From: a virus | Taxonomy: Duplodnaviria; Caudoviricetes | DNA: 64,000 bases | Reading direction: 5' to 3' (one strand) | Virus record (IMG/VR): IMGVR_UViG_3300025167_000006 | Location: 1-64,000 of that record | Shown here: in pieces, positions 29,152 through 38,201 of the stretch | Numbering within the stretch: position 1 is the first letter of the stretch | How the letters are laid out: each line of letters begins with the position of its first letter | The notes under the pieces: model-generated | What the model saw: the letters and a program-made list of their open reading frames with translations, nothing else | Database searches by the model: none | Told to the model about the DNA's origin: nothing | Position numbers and translations under genes: made by a program

Positions 29152-30513
29152 CTACCGCGGGGGCATCCCCGGTAGACCGGGGAGCATCGGTAGCTGTGGC
29201 TGTGCCGGCTGTTGGGGCACTTGCTGCGGGAACTGCTGCTGCGGGAACTGAGTTGTGAGCTGCTGGGGTACGAACTGCGGTCCCCCTGGGAAGTTAGCCG
29301 GGGCACCGACCGGCGTCGGTTGCATGCCCATAGGCTGCTGCATTCCCATTGGCTGCGGTGGAGTGAACTGTTGCTGGGGGACGAACTGCTGCTGAGGTTG
29401 CTGCGGTACGTACGGTTGCCCAGGCTGTTGCGGACCTGCGCTGTTGATCTTCCACAGCTTGGCCTGCTCTTGGATGGACGTTGGACCGTACATCTTGTCC
29501 AGCGGCAGTGGCGCGATTCCCTTGAGCAGCTCCGGGTCGCTCACTTGGATTGGGCGTGGCCCAGAGCGGTTGGAGATCATCAGCACCGGTTGCTCCTTGG
29601 TGCCGCTTGAGCTGAGCTCCAGGTCGACATCGAAGACGCTGGCGCGCTCGGCCTGATACCCATGTGGAGAGCAGTTGCTGCACTGCACCAGCTCTTTGCG
29701 CTCCAGCGGTCCAGACCCGCACACGGCGCACGGTTGTTTCTCCAGGCGCTCTCGTTGTTCCTGCGTCAGGGCGGAAGTGTTGGGGTCGTAGATGACGCTT
29801 TCGCAGCGTGAGCACAGCTTGGCGAGGCTGCGAATGGACCCCATGGCCCCGCAGGTTCTGCAGTCGTTCTGGATGGTCTTGACCTTGTAGTCGTAGAGAG
29901 ACCAGAAGAACTTGGAGGACAGCACGAGGGGGATCAGGTGCCCGTACTTGTGCTCGAACTGTGCCGTTCGTGGGTCACCCATTGGAACCGGCACCCAGCT
30001 CTTGTACTCCTTTCCGTCGCTGCCCCGTTCTGGGAGGTTGATCCACAACCCGTAATCGAACGCTGTGAACACCATCTTCTCCGACTTGGAGATTCGGCTC
30101 TTCCGATCGTTCTTGGGTACGTCGCGGTTTGCCGTGAAGTCCTCCCAGAAGATGTCGCATCCGTGGCACGGCTCTCGGAGGTTCTTGTTTCGGTGAAGCG
30201 TTCCTCCGCTGCAGATGGCGCTTCGTTCCAGACCACCGTGGAAGTGCTCGATGAAGGTGATGTACTGCACCGCCGTCTCGAACGTGGTCTCGTTGTCCTC
30301 CGTGACGCTCACCACGTACTCACCTGGGATCAGGCGTAGCCACCGGGCATGGTCCTTCGGGAGCTTCAGCTCCTTCTTCCAGTGCGGGCGGTTGCCACCG
30401 CTGGTCTCTCGGTTGCTCTTGATCTTGTCCTGCAGGACCCGCTCACGCTGGCCCATCTCAGCCCCGAACGGGGCTACTCTTCGTAGGTTGCTGTTGTCCT
30501 TCTCGAATGACAT
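29152..30513 (-). CDS. gp32-like single-stranded DNA-binding protein with a Cys-rich insertion and Q/P-rich tail
   Basis: LRLIPG, EHFH...C...CHGC zinc module, FDVDLEL; four extra CxxC pairs; located between primase and pol. Confidence 0.65.
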   Translation of the reverse strand: MSFEKDNSNLRRVAPFGAEMGQRERVLQDKIKSNRETSGGNRPHWKKELKLPKDHARWLRLIPGEYVVSVTEDNETTFETAVQYITFIEHFHGGLERSAICSGGTLHRNKNLREPCHGCDIFWEDFTANRDVPKNDRKSRISKSEKMVFTAFDYGLWINLPERGSDGKEYKSWVPVPMGDPRTAQFEHKYGHLIPLVLSSKFFWSLYDYKVKTIQNDCRTCGAMGSIRSLAKLCSRCESVIYDPNTSALTQEQRERLEKQPCAVCGSGPLERKELVQCSNCSPHGYQAERASVFDVDLELSSSGTKEQPVLMISNRSGPRPIQVSDPELLKGIAPLPLDKMYGPTSIQEQAKLWKINSAGPQQPGQPYVPQQPQQQFVPQQQFTPPQPMGMQQPMGMQPTPVGAPANFPGGPQFVPQQLTTQFPQQQFPQQVPQQPAQPQLPMLPGLPGMPPR

Positions 30514-30523
30514 GTCATTCCTT

Positions 30524-31534
30524 TCAACAGACTGCACATCGCAGCCACTCTTCGTATAGCGGCGCTAGCCGCACTTGTTCAAGCACTTCTTCCGCCGTGC
30601 ACGAATCTGGCTGTGCATCCTCGTCGTTCTTTAGGCGATCTGGATACCCCACCACCCGCGCACCACGGTTCATAAGCTTGTTGCCGGCGTACATCGTTCC
30701 CTTAATACCGGCGAAGTTGTTGTCTAGGAACAGGCAGATGTTGGAACCTATGCGGTTCAGTATCCACTCCTGCTCCCAGCTCAGGTAAGAGCCCAGCAGG
30801 GCTACCACGTTCCTTATCCCCGCCTGCCACACCCACATGCACGCTTTGAACCCCTCAACCACCACGATTGGCGCGTCTGTGGGGTACACGTTGATAAACA
30901 GCGGGTACACGTCATTGCCGTTGTACAGGACCTTCCGCTTGTCCCAGTTCAGGCGCGGTGGCAGTCCCCACGTCTCGAACTCCTTGTCGTAGATCTTGTA
31001 CTTCGGCCATGAGTTGTCTAGAGACCGTCCGCTGATACCGACCAGGTCGCCCTTCAAGTCTCTGATGGGGTACGTGTACCGACTGTGCCATTTGTCGTAC
31101 CCGACTTCGAAGTGGAGGATCGTGTCCTGGCGGAACCCGTGGCTGAGCAGGTCCTGCAGGTCGTACCCGTCAAACAACCCAAGGAACCCCTCGCTTATGG
31201 GCTCGATGTCAAAGACCCCAGAGCGCGTGGGGTCCGGTGGAGGCGGTAGGTTCTTCCTCGCCTCCTCGAGCAGGTCCTTGTACCGAAGGTGAATGAACTC
31301 TCGGGGCATCCCGACGTCCATCAAGAACCTTCGCAAGGTGCCCGCTGCCTGGCACGTGTGGCAGAAGTACACCCCGGTGTAGATGTTCATCGCGAACGAT
31401 GGACGTCGCTCCTCGCTGCCGTCCGGCTTCCGGTGGAACGGGCAGATGGCCATGATGTTCTCAGCCCCGGAACGCCGGATGTTCTTCAAGTAGGCAGCGG
31501 CTATCTCCTCGATCTCTTTCGATACGTTCAGCAC
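30524..31534 (-). CDS. DnaG-type primase (CHC2 zinc finger plus TOPRIM)
   Basis: CPFH...RPSF...CHTC; YPIRD...GISGR; VVVEG; VALLG; LDN. Confidence 0.9.
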   Translation of the reverse strand: MLNVSKEIEEIAAAYLKNIRRSGAENIMAICPFHRKPDGSEERRPSFAMNIYTGVYFCHTCQAAGTLRRFLMDVGMPREFIHLRYKDLLEEARKNLPPPPDPTRSGVFDIEPISEGFLGLFDGYDLQDLLSHGFRQDTILHFEVGYDKWHSRYTYPIRDLKGDLVGISGRSLDNSWPKYKIYDKEFETWGLPPRLNWDKRKVLYNGNDVYPLFINVYPTDAPIVVVEGFKACMWVWQAGIRNVVALLGSYLSWEQEWILNRIGSNICLFLDNNFAGIKGTMYAGNKLMNRGARVVGYPDRLKNDEDAQPDSCTAEEVLEQVRLAPLYEEWLRCAVC

Positions 31535-32901
31535 GCGTCAGCGCTTCGGTTGGCGTTGTCTAGCTCGTCGTTCTTAGGACTGCGTCTACCTGGGCCCTTG
31601 CTGCCCTTGGTCTTCGCAGTAGTGTCGTCTCCAGCCACCGCCTTCTCGGCGTCTCCGGCTGTTAGCTCACCGAAGTAGCTGAAGTCGTACGCTGGCTTGG
31701 CGTTGATCCTGAACCCGTCCAGCTTGAACCGTCGCGTGGTGCCGCCCATCACCAGAGCAAGCGTTGACTGGCCCTTCTTGTGCTCATTGACTACGCGAAT
31801 GAGCATCGTGGCGTCTTGCCCTAGAGAGTCTGAGAACGCTACATCCTCACTGTTCGACTCTTCGTTCTCAGCCGCCTTTCTGTTTGCCTGAACTGTGGCT
31901 ATTACAGGAACGTGGCGACGAAGAACTAGCTGGCGCATGTCCTGGCTGATGTCCGCCACTCGCTCGTGCTTGTGTCGAGACTTGTTCACCGGGGTCATGA
32001 GGTACATGCCGTCAACGAATACGATCGTTGGCCTGTACTTCTCTATCTTCGCCTCCAGCCACATGACCGTGTCCTTGTACCGGGCGTCCTGCCCGGACAG
32101 GCAGATGACCGAGTGCATCTCTCTCGTGATGCGCAGGTTGTTCAGCACGGTGTAGATGCTGACCTTCTCCTCCGGAGTCAGTGTACCTGTGGTGAAGCGC
32201 TCGTAGTCGACGCCGGCGATGCAGCACCCTACGCGCTCGAATACCTCGTCGGTGGGCATCTCCTTGGTGTAGATGAGGACGCGTTGTCCTTGGCAGATGC
32301 ACCAGGCTATCAAGTAGCATAGAGTCCAGGACTTCATGCTCTTGGGGCGACCGTACAGCACGATGTAGTCGTCGTGCTTTATCCCTAGCGTCTTTGACTG
32401 GATGGGTCCCCATGGCCACGTCGCTACGCAGATTCTCTCTCCCTGTTCCACCCTCCCGTAGGCGTGGACCACTCGGCTGAAGGCGTCTGCGAAGTGGACG
32501 TCTACCTTCTTCGAGGCGCAGTCGTTGTGCAGGTCTGTGGCGGCCTTCTGCAGGTACGCTACAGCTGACATCGGGTCAACGGCTCGTACGTCCTCGAACT
32601 GCTTGATGATGGTTCTTGTCTGGGCCTCTATCCGTTTAGTTCGAGACTCCTTGCACAGCGCATCCGTCGTCATTGACGGGTCGTCGTAGCGGGGGAAGGT
32701 CGGGAACATGTTCTGCAGCGCCATCGGTCCCCACACCGCCCCCTGTGTTTCGGGGTTGTGGTAGTAGGACATCAACCGTTCGAACATTGCCTTCGTCTCT
32801 GACGAAAGCATGTCGTCCATGGTGATGCCCCAGTCGATGACACCAGACAGGTCCCCCGTTTGGATGATTCGGGATACTAGCTGGTAGTCCCAGTTGGCTA
32901 T
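31528..32901 (-). CDS. dnaB: DnaB-like replicative helicase (start uncertain)
   Basis: Walker A GRPKSMKS, TKEM, VFVDGMYL, VQANR, SDSLGQDA. Best RBS-linked start is ATA at 32901; the ORF-track start is GTG 32949. Confidence 0.85.
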   Translation of the reverse strand: MANWDYQLVSRIIQTGDLSGVIDWGITMDDMLSSETKAMFERLMSYYHNPETQGAVWGPMALQNMFPTFPRYDDPSMTTDALCKESRTKRIEAQTRTIIKQFEDVRAVDPMSAVAYLQKAATDLHNDCASKKVDVHFADAFSRVVHAYGRVEQGERICVATWPWGPIQSKTLGIKHDDYIVLYGRPKSMKSWTLCYLIAWCICQGQRVLIYTKEMPTDEVFERVGCCIAGVDYERFTTGTLTPEEKVSIYTVLNNLRITREMHSVICLSGQDARYKDTVMWLEAKIEKYRPTIVFVDGMYLMTPVNKSRHKHERVADISQDMRQLVLRRHVPVIATVQANRKAAENEESNSEDVAFSDSLGQDATMLIRVVNEHKKGQSTLALVMGGTTRRFKLDGFRINAKPAYDFSYFGELTAGDAEKAVAGDDTTAKTKGSKGPGRRSPKNDELDNANRSADAC

Positions 32902-32928
32902 GGGCGTACCCTTCCTTTCGGCGTGGCT

Positions 32929-32936
32929 ATTATGCC
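32929..32936 (-). promoter_or_regulatory. GG(C/G)ATAA(G/T) motif upstream of the helicase
   Basis: GGCATAAT on the - strand, 28 nt before the proposed start; similar motifs at 39111-39118 and 49096-49103. Confidence 0.35.
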
Positions 32937-33008
32937 CGTGGCACACCACCCGTTGCCGGGTTGGTCAGCCTACGCAGATGGCTGTGGTTGGCAATGGAAA
33001 GGCGCAGA

Positions 33009-33057
33009 ACCACAACCTCTGGGGCACGTCGGGCGGGCGCACCACAACCTCTGGGGC
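33009..33057. repeat. Perfect 17-bp direct repeat, two copies
   Basis: ACCACAACCTCTGGGGC at 33009-33025 and 33041-33057 (32-bp period), intergenic. Confidence 0.9.
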
Positions 33058-33395
33058 TAGAAGGACGGGGCTTCAGCATCTCCGCCCTCGCCCACATGTT
33101 CACCGATACCGCCCACGGGCACAGCCGCCGAGCGGGTGTCCCGTGCTCCTGCTGCCGTGGGCTGCAAGACACTACGTGAGATGTCTCGCTCCATGGAGTC
33201 GAGGAGGGCACGAAGAGCGCCCTGGGTTTCGGTTGACCATAGATTTCCACGACACGGGATCCACGCGATGGTGTTGCCCGTGTCGTTGTCGACCATTGCT
33301 GCCAGCACGTCGATTCGCACTGGCGACCGTGTAAGGTCCACCGTCAGCTGGGCGACGATGAGCTGGTCTGCTTTTAGCGCTCCTTGGATGGGCAT
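33057..33395 (-). CDS. Hypothetical protein
   Basis: 112-aa ORF tiling the - strand operon. Confidence 0.65.
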   Translation of the reverse strand: MPIQGALKADQLIVAQLTVDLTRSPVRIDVLAAMVDNDTGNTIAWIPCRGNLWSTETQGALRALLDSMERDISRSVLQPTAAGARDTRSAAVPVGGIGEHVGEGGDAEAPSF

Positions 33396-33399
33396 CGGT

Positions 33400-33720
33400 C
33401 TATGGTAGCGGCTGCAGGCCGATCGCGTTACTGGCTTCGTTCACCATCTGATGCACTTTGATGAATGCAGCTTCGGTGGCCATGCTGATGGCGGCTTCAT
33501 GCGGGAACACCGGCATCTTGATGTGCATGTAGACCTTTAGCTGACCGAAGTCTCCGCCGTTGGTCAGGCCGAACATCACTTCGGCGGGCCCGCTAGGCGC
33601 TTCTTTGGCCTGTACCGCGAGCATTTGGAACGGGTCTTCAATGAGCACGCCCTGGGAGTACTCTCGGTACCCGTTCTTTTCGATGACGCGCGTCCACGTG
33701 GCTGGGTCTACGGCAGTCAT
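33400..33720 (-). CDS. Hypothetical protein
   Basis: 106 aa; ATGA-coupled. Confidence 0.65.
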   Translation of the reverse strand: MTAVDPATWTRVIEKNGYREYSQGVLIEDPFQMLAVQAKEAPSGPAEVMFGLTNGGDFGQLKVYMHIKMPVFPHEAAISMATEAAFIKVHQMVNEASNAIGLQPLP

Positions 33721-34178
33721 GGCATGTTGAACGGCTTGATGGCCTGGAAGCGAGTGCCGGAGCCCTCGTAGTCCTCAGCTTCCTCTGGGGAGATCATGCC
33801 TTTGGCCTTGGCGGCCAGGTACCTGTTGACGTCTCCCTTGTAGTCGTTCTTCTCCTTGATGGTCCCACCCACCGCGAGGAACCCGGCTCGTCCTCTGGTG
33901 GCGTGGACCTTGTCCCAGTCGATGCTCAGGTCATTCTGAAGCATCTTGAAGGGGCCGCAGCTGACGCCGGCGTCTCGAACTGCTTTGTCCGCGCTCACTC
34001 GAAGAACTTCGAGTTGGTCGACGAACTGTCGAGCGCGCTCCATCACGTCGCGCACCGACGTGGTGATTGGAGTAGCGTCGCTCTTGAAGTGTTCCCACGC
34101 CGTGTAGAAGTTGACGTAGTCGTTGACTTCCTTGATCTCTCCTACTTGCTTGACCTCGATTGGCTTCTTTGCGCTCAT
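33717..34178 (-). CDS. Hypothetical protein
   Basis: 153 aa; ATGA-coupled; GC3-rich. Confidence 0.7.
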   Translation of the reverse strand: MSAKKPIEVKQVGEIKEVNDYVNFYTAWEHFKSDATPITTSVRDVMERARQFVDQLEVLRVSADKAVRDAGVSCGPFKMLQNDLSIDWDKVHATRGRAGFLAVGGTIKEKNDYKGDVNRYLAAKAKGMISPEEAEDYEGSGTRFQAIKPFNMP

Positions 34179-35023
34179 TGACCGTTCTCCTCTTCGTAGC
34201 TATCCCAATCGTGGCTTTCGTCGTCGCCCTCGGGCACTAGCATGCTCTCCCCGTACGCCTCTTGCATGTACTTGAAGTAGATGTCCCTGGCGCGCCTAAG
34301 CCCGTGCATGAACAGGGGCATCGGCGCTTCCTTTCGTTTGTCCGGCCAGTTTCGGATGGCGAAGGATGGGTGGATCAGCGGCATCAGGTTGTAGACCACC
34401 TGGTTTTGAACAACGGGCAGTGACCCGTCGCGACGCACCCATGTTCCCTTGCTCGTCTTGTCCGGGAGCCACCCAGCACCTGGTATGGTCACCTGCAACA
34501 TCTTGCCGCTCTCTGCCTGAATGCCAACCGCCTTCCCGATTAGGGTTTCTGACGCGGCTACTCCGAGCGTGACGATGAGTACAGGGTCTACGATGTAGAT
34601 CTGCTGAAGCAGCCGTTCCCTGCAGGCTTCTCTCTGCGCAGGCAGCGGCTCCTCGTCCGTTCTAGTTGGTGCTCCTCCACGCTCGAAACGTTGCTTGCCC
34701 TCCCCGTCGTACTGAAACTTCCAGGAGCGGCAGCACACCGCGTTGGCTAGGTAGTAGTTGCGCTTGTCCAGCCCGATGAGCTCCAGCCTCTTCCGCAAGA
34801 ACTGCCCGGTGTCCCCTATGAATGGACGACCAGCTTCTTCCTCGTCCTTGCCTGGTCCCTCACCGATGAACATGATTCCACCGGGGGAGCCCTCCCCGAA
34901 CACGAAGCTCCCACCGACGTCTTCACGGTACACTCCTAGCGAGCAGCGTCGACAGGTCTCCCACTCGTGCTTCAGGTTGGTGAGAGACCTGCGGACGTCC
35001 TGCTTAATCCTGACGGCTTCCAC
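34175..35023 (-). CDS. Family-4 uracil-DNA glycosylase (SPO1 pol-related type)
   Basis: CRRCSL, FIGEGPG..E...GRPFIG, NAVCCR, AC, TLG, HPS; start taken at GTG 35023. Confidence 0.9.
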   Translation of the reverse strand: MEAVRIKQDVRRSLTNLKHEWETCRRCSLGVYREDVGGSFVFGEGSPGGIMFIGEGPGKDEEEAGRPFIGDTGQFLRKRLELIGLDKRNYYLANAVCCRSWKFQYDGEGKQRFERGGAPTRTDEEPLPAQREACRERLLQQIYIVDPVLIVTLGVAASETLIGKAVGIQAESGKMLQVTIPGAGWLPDKTSKGTWVRRDGSLPVVQNQVVYNLMPLIHPSFAIRNWPDKRKEAPMPLFMHGLRRARDIYFKYMQEAYGESMLVPEGDDESHDWDSYEEENGQ

Positions 35024-35420
35024 CGCTGAACCCCTGGGCTGCGATGGCCGCGGCTTCCTCGGCAAGCTTCCGCTTTCGAACGGCCTGGTTCAGGTCTTCC
35101 AGCATCTTGTGATAACCGTTCGCCTCCTCTGGGTCCATCCAGTCGAACAGGCGGATGCCGTGCACCTGGACCTGCACACGGGCGAATCCGTGGGTTCCGC
35201 AGTCGAGCATGGCTGGTGATGCCGCGTTCATCGTCATCATCCCCTGCGGGGCAGGTACGGCTACGATTGCCAATCGCAGCTCTACGGCGTCCACCGTGAT
35301 GACGTCCGCCACTTTGGTGTGCTCATGTACCTTGGCGATTAGCCTCAAGGCGCCTGAGTAGATGATGGCCCAAACAGTGTTGTCATTGTGCTGGCTGCGG
35401 ATGTTGGTGTCTTGTTCCAT
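35004..35420 (-). CDS. Hypothetical protein
   Basis: 138-aa ORF tiling the operon. Confidence 0.6.
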   Translation of the reverse strand: MEQDTNIRSQHNDNTVWAIIYSGALRLIAKVHEHTKVADVITVDAVELRLAIVAVPAPQGMMTMNAASPAMLDCGTHGFARVQVQVHGIRLFDWMDPEEANGYHKMLEDLNQAVRKRKLAEEAAAIAAQGFSGGSRQD

Positions 35421-38161
35421 TGTGCTGGGTACTCCACGAGGATGAAATCGTACGGTCCGCCTTCCTCTCTAGGCCATGACCGCAAGTGAGACTGAAGCTT
35501 CTTTGCCATTCCTATGCACTGGCCTACGTTGTCTACCAGCGCGACCAGTAGCGGTTCTTTCTTGCCGGGCATCGGTCGAGTGGGCCTGCCCATTAGCTGC
35601 TGCAGACCGTTCTTGCTAGAGAACAAGGAGCTCAGCACTACGGTGTCCAGCAGCTGGCAGTCCATGCCCTCTTTTCCGTACTTGGTGATGGCGAAGACGA
35701 GCTGCTTGGTGTCCAGGTACTCTTGCCGCTTGGCGGCCTTAACTCCGTAAGTCAGGAATCCGGCTATGCCCCGCTCGCTGGCCTCTATGAGATCGTGCAC
35801 ATACTTCTTTTGCCGCTTTGCCAGCTCAGATTGTATCTTCTTGTGCACGCGGTACTGGTCGAGCGACTGAACCACGAAGTTGAGCTCAGCTTGTACCTGC
35901 AGCATGCTGGCCCCCGTGGCTTTTGTTAGCTGAGCCTCCAGCCGGAGCTTGGCCTTTTCTAGCTTCTTGAGCTCGCGCTCGTTCAAGTCTTGGGGGGTGA
36001 GCGTCTCGCCTACTTCCTGGTTGGTAGGAATCGGGATGTCCGTGTACATCATGGAACCTGGGGGTAGGGTACACAGGGCCATCAAGTTGACCACCTCATC
36101 CACGGAGTTAGAGAGGATCAAGATCTTACGGCCAGCTTGCACGGCGGCTCCGCACAGGTTCATCAAGATCTGAAGTCGTGGCACCCACTGCCCGAAGAAC
36201 CCGCACAGCTTTGAGATGTGGACTTCTCCGTTGGTGTCCAGCACCTTTTCAGCCACCCTCGGGTCTCGTAGGTCCAGGGACAGCCCAGTCCAGTAGAACG
36301 CGATCTTCGGCTTCATCTCTGGGGTCAGGTCCTTGTAGATAACTGACCCTATGTGAAGGTCGCTGATGATGTGGAACCCGTCGGACCTCTCTGGAGTAGC
36401 CGTTAGCGAGTACCGGTTGCCGTAGAACAGCGGAGCGCTCTTGGCGTACGTGGGGGCGGAGACGTGGTGACCCTCATCCCAGTAGATATTTCCGAACCAG
36501 CGACGGACCTCCTCTGGCATCGTCTCAGACCAGTTCGCAACGCTCTGGTACGTGGCGAGGACGAGCGCCTTCTTCCAGTCCTTCTTGCCCGCCACGATTT
36601 GCCCAATGCCGCCCGGAACGTCCAGGAACTGCGCTACATCGTCCTCCCACTGCGCGAGCAGGTTGGTGTTGTCGAGCAAGATCAACGCGGGTACCTTGGA
36701 GGCGGCTATGTGATGGAGCGCTATGACCGTGTTGTGCGTAACAATGAAGTCTCTCGTGAGGTAGCAGGAATCTGGTGAATCCACGCTGATGCAAACGGTC
36801 TCTGCATCTTGTTCACGCTCTATCCTGGTTATGTACTTCACAGTGCGCTGCCCTGGGGAGCTATCCCACAGCTGCAGGTGCTTTATGGATGATACCGGGA
36901 TTGCTCCACCTGCTGGAAACGTTATGCGAACTCGGTAGGAAGCACGACCGCTTCTTTTTTCACCGTTGTACTCGTACGCGGTCACCCGCATGCGGGTGCT
37001 TGCTCGGCCACCTAGCGACCGCGTAAGCCAAGCAACCTGTTCAGCTAGCTTTGGGCTGGTGGTGGAGTACTCTACGGTCCTTTGCTGGTTGGTGACGCTG
37101 CCATCTGTATCCAAAAGCCCACGGAGTAGCGACCATCGATCATCCACTCCGGCTAGAAGAAACTCATCAGGTATGAACTTTTCCCAGCTTCTAAGCTTGT
37201 ACAGACCATGCTTACGAAGTGTGCTGGTGAATGATCCGCCTGTTACTCGAACCTCGTCGCACCGATTTGTGAAGCGCTCAACAGCCCCTACATCATTTGC
37301 TGAGAGGGACGCGCAGAAGCGCTGCTGGAGGTCTGGCTCTGGGTTGTGAAACTTTGGAGTTCCTGATGAGCTGCCGTCGCCTAACCACGCCCCCATCAAC
37401 CAGGCATCAGCGCTTAGCTTTCGGTTGTTGAACTGGGCTGGGGCGCAGTACTGAATAGCGAAGCGCAAACCGGCACGGGTGCGCAACCCTTCCTGCAGCA
37501 GATCTTTGGTGCCCATGACGCGCCAAAGTCTGTTATCTACACGAACCTGCCATAGGTGTTGGTCGTCGCAGCGAACGCTGGTCTCGTCGGAGAATGTAAC
37601 CCTATATACGGGGCGCGTACCCTGCGGAAATACACCAACAACTTTCACAGGTGTACCGCTGGATGACAGCACGTCGTCACCCACCTTCAGCTCTCCGATA
37701 GCGCGTGGCCCTTGGGGGGTAATCACTTTCTCGTCTAGAGGTTGCCCTTTACCCTTACCGCACGCCAGCTGCAGCACCCCTCCGAAGGAGTCTGTCATCG
37801 CTTGGAAGGATTCTTGCTGAACCTTCCTACCGGTTGATCGTAGCTGTATTACGCCGTCGACAACCTTGGGCAGGAAGTCCAGATGTATCCTGCTCGCGAA
37901 CTCTACCCTCTCGTAGCTCTTTGGTCGGCAGTCAACGACCGTGAAGGGCAGTGTGGCTACTGGCCAGAACGCTCTTGGGAGGAGTAGGTGCCCGCTGGTT
38001 TCTTGCCACAGGTACAGCAGCTTGGGTCGCTCGCTGTACGTATCCACCATCTCGTACGTGAGGGCACGTTTGGTGCCCTCCACATCGACGTAGGTTTTTG
38101 GAACCCACAGCCACGTATCGAGATAGCCTTTGGTTGGATCTCTACGAATGACTTTCATCAC
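35345..38161 (-). CDS. SF2 (UvsW/Rad25-like) helicase interrupted by an intein in Walker A
   Basis: Spliced ACGKGK|T; ATYQS, DEGHH, LTATPERSDG, EGMD, QLMGR. Confidence 0.9.
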   Translation of the reverse strand: MMKVIRRDPTKGYLDTWLWVPKTYVDVEGTKRALTYEMVDTYSERPKLLYLWQETSGHLLLPRAFWPVATLPFTVVDCRPKSYERVEFASRIHLDFLPKVVDGVIQLRSTGRKVQQESFQAMTDSFGGVLQLACGKGKGQPLDEKVITPQGPRAIGELKVGDDVLSSSGTPVKVVGVFPQGTRPVYRVTFSDETSVRCDDQHLWQVRVDNRLWRVMGTKDLLQEGLRTRAGLRFAIQYCAPAQFNNRKLSADAWLMGAWLGDGSSSGTPKFHNPEPDLQQRFCASLSANDVGAVERFTNRCDEVRVTGGSFTSTLRKHGLYKLRSWEKFIPDEFLLAGVDDRWSLLRGLLDTDGSVTNQQRTVEYSTTSPKLAEQVAWLTRSLGGRASTRMRVTAYEYNGEKRSGRASYRVRITFPAGGAIPVSSIKHLQLWDSSPGQRTVKYITRIEREQDAETVCISVDSPDSCYLTRDFIVTHNTVIALHHIAASKVPALILLDNTNLLAQWEDDVAQFLDVPGGIGQIVAGKKDWKKALVLATYQSVANWSETMPEEVRRWFGNIYWDEGHHVSAPTYAKSAPLFYGNRYSLTATPERSDGFHIISDLHIGSVIYKDLTPEMKPKIAFYWTGLSLDLRDPRVAEKVLDTNGEVHISKLCGFFGQWVPRLQILMNLCGAAVQAGRKILILSNSVDEVVNLMALCTLPPGSMMYTDIPIPTNQEVGETLTPQDLNERELKKLEKAKLRLEAQLTKATGASMLQVQAELNFVVQSLDQYRVHKKIQSELAKRQKKYVHDLIEASERGIAGFLTYGVKAAKRQEYLDTKQLVFAITKYGKEGMDCQLLDTVVLSSLFSSKNGLQQLMGRPTRPMPGKKEPLLVALVDNVGQCIGMAKKLQSHLRSWPREEGGPYDFILVEYPAQWNKTPTSAASTMTTLFGPSSTQAP
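36731..37747 (-). mobile_element. Class-3 intein (339 aa) with LAGLIDADG homing endonuclease
   Basis: Starts GQPLD, block B HLW, LGDG and GLLDTDG, block F TVCISV, ends IVTHN/T. Confidence 0.9.
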
Positions 38162-38175
38162 TGCCTCGAATAAAG

Positions 38176-38194
38176 GGGTCGCGCTGCGCGACCC
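38176..38194 (-). terminator. Intrinsic terminator-like hairpin
   Basis: GGGTCGCGC-n-GCGCGACCC followed on the - strand by CTTTATT. Confidence 0.6.
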
Positions 38195-38201
38195 ATGACA
38201 A

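Noticed and set aside
33009-33057. Direct repeat as a mini-CRISPR array
   Set aside because: Only two 17-bp copies with a 15-bp spacer, too short for CRISPR.
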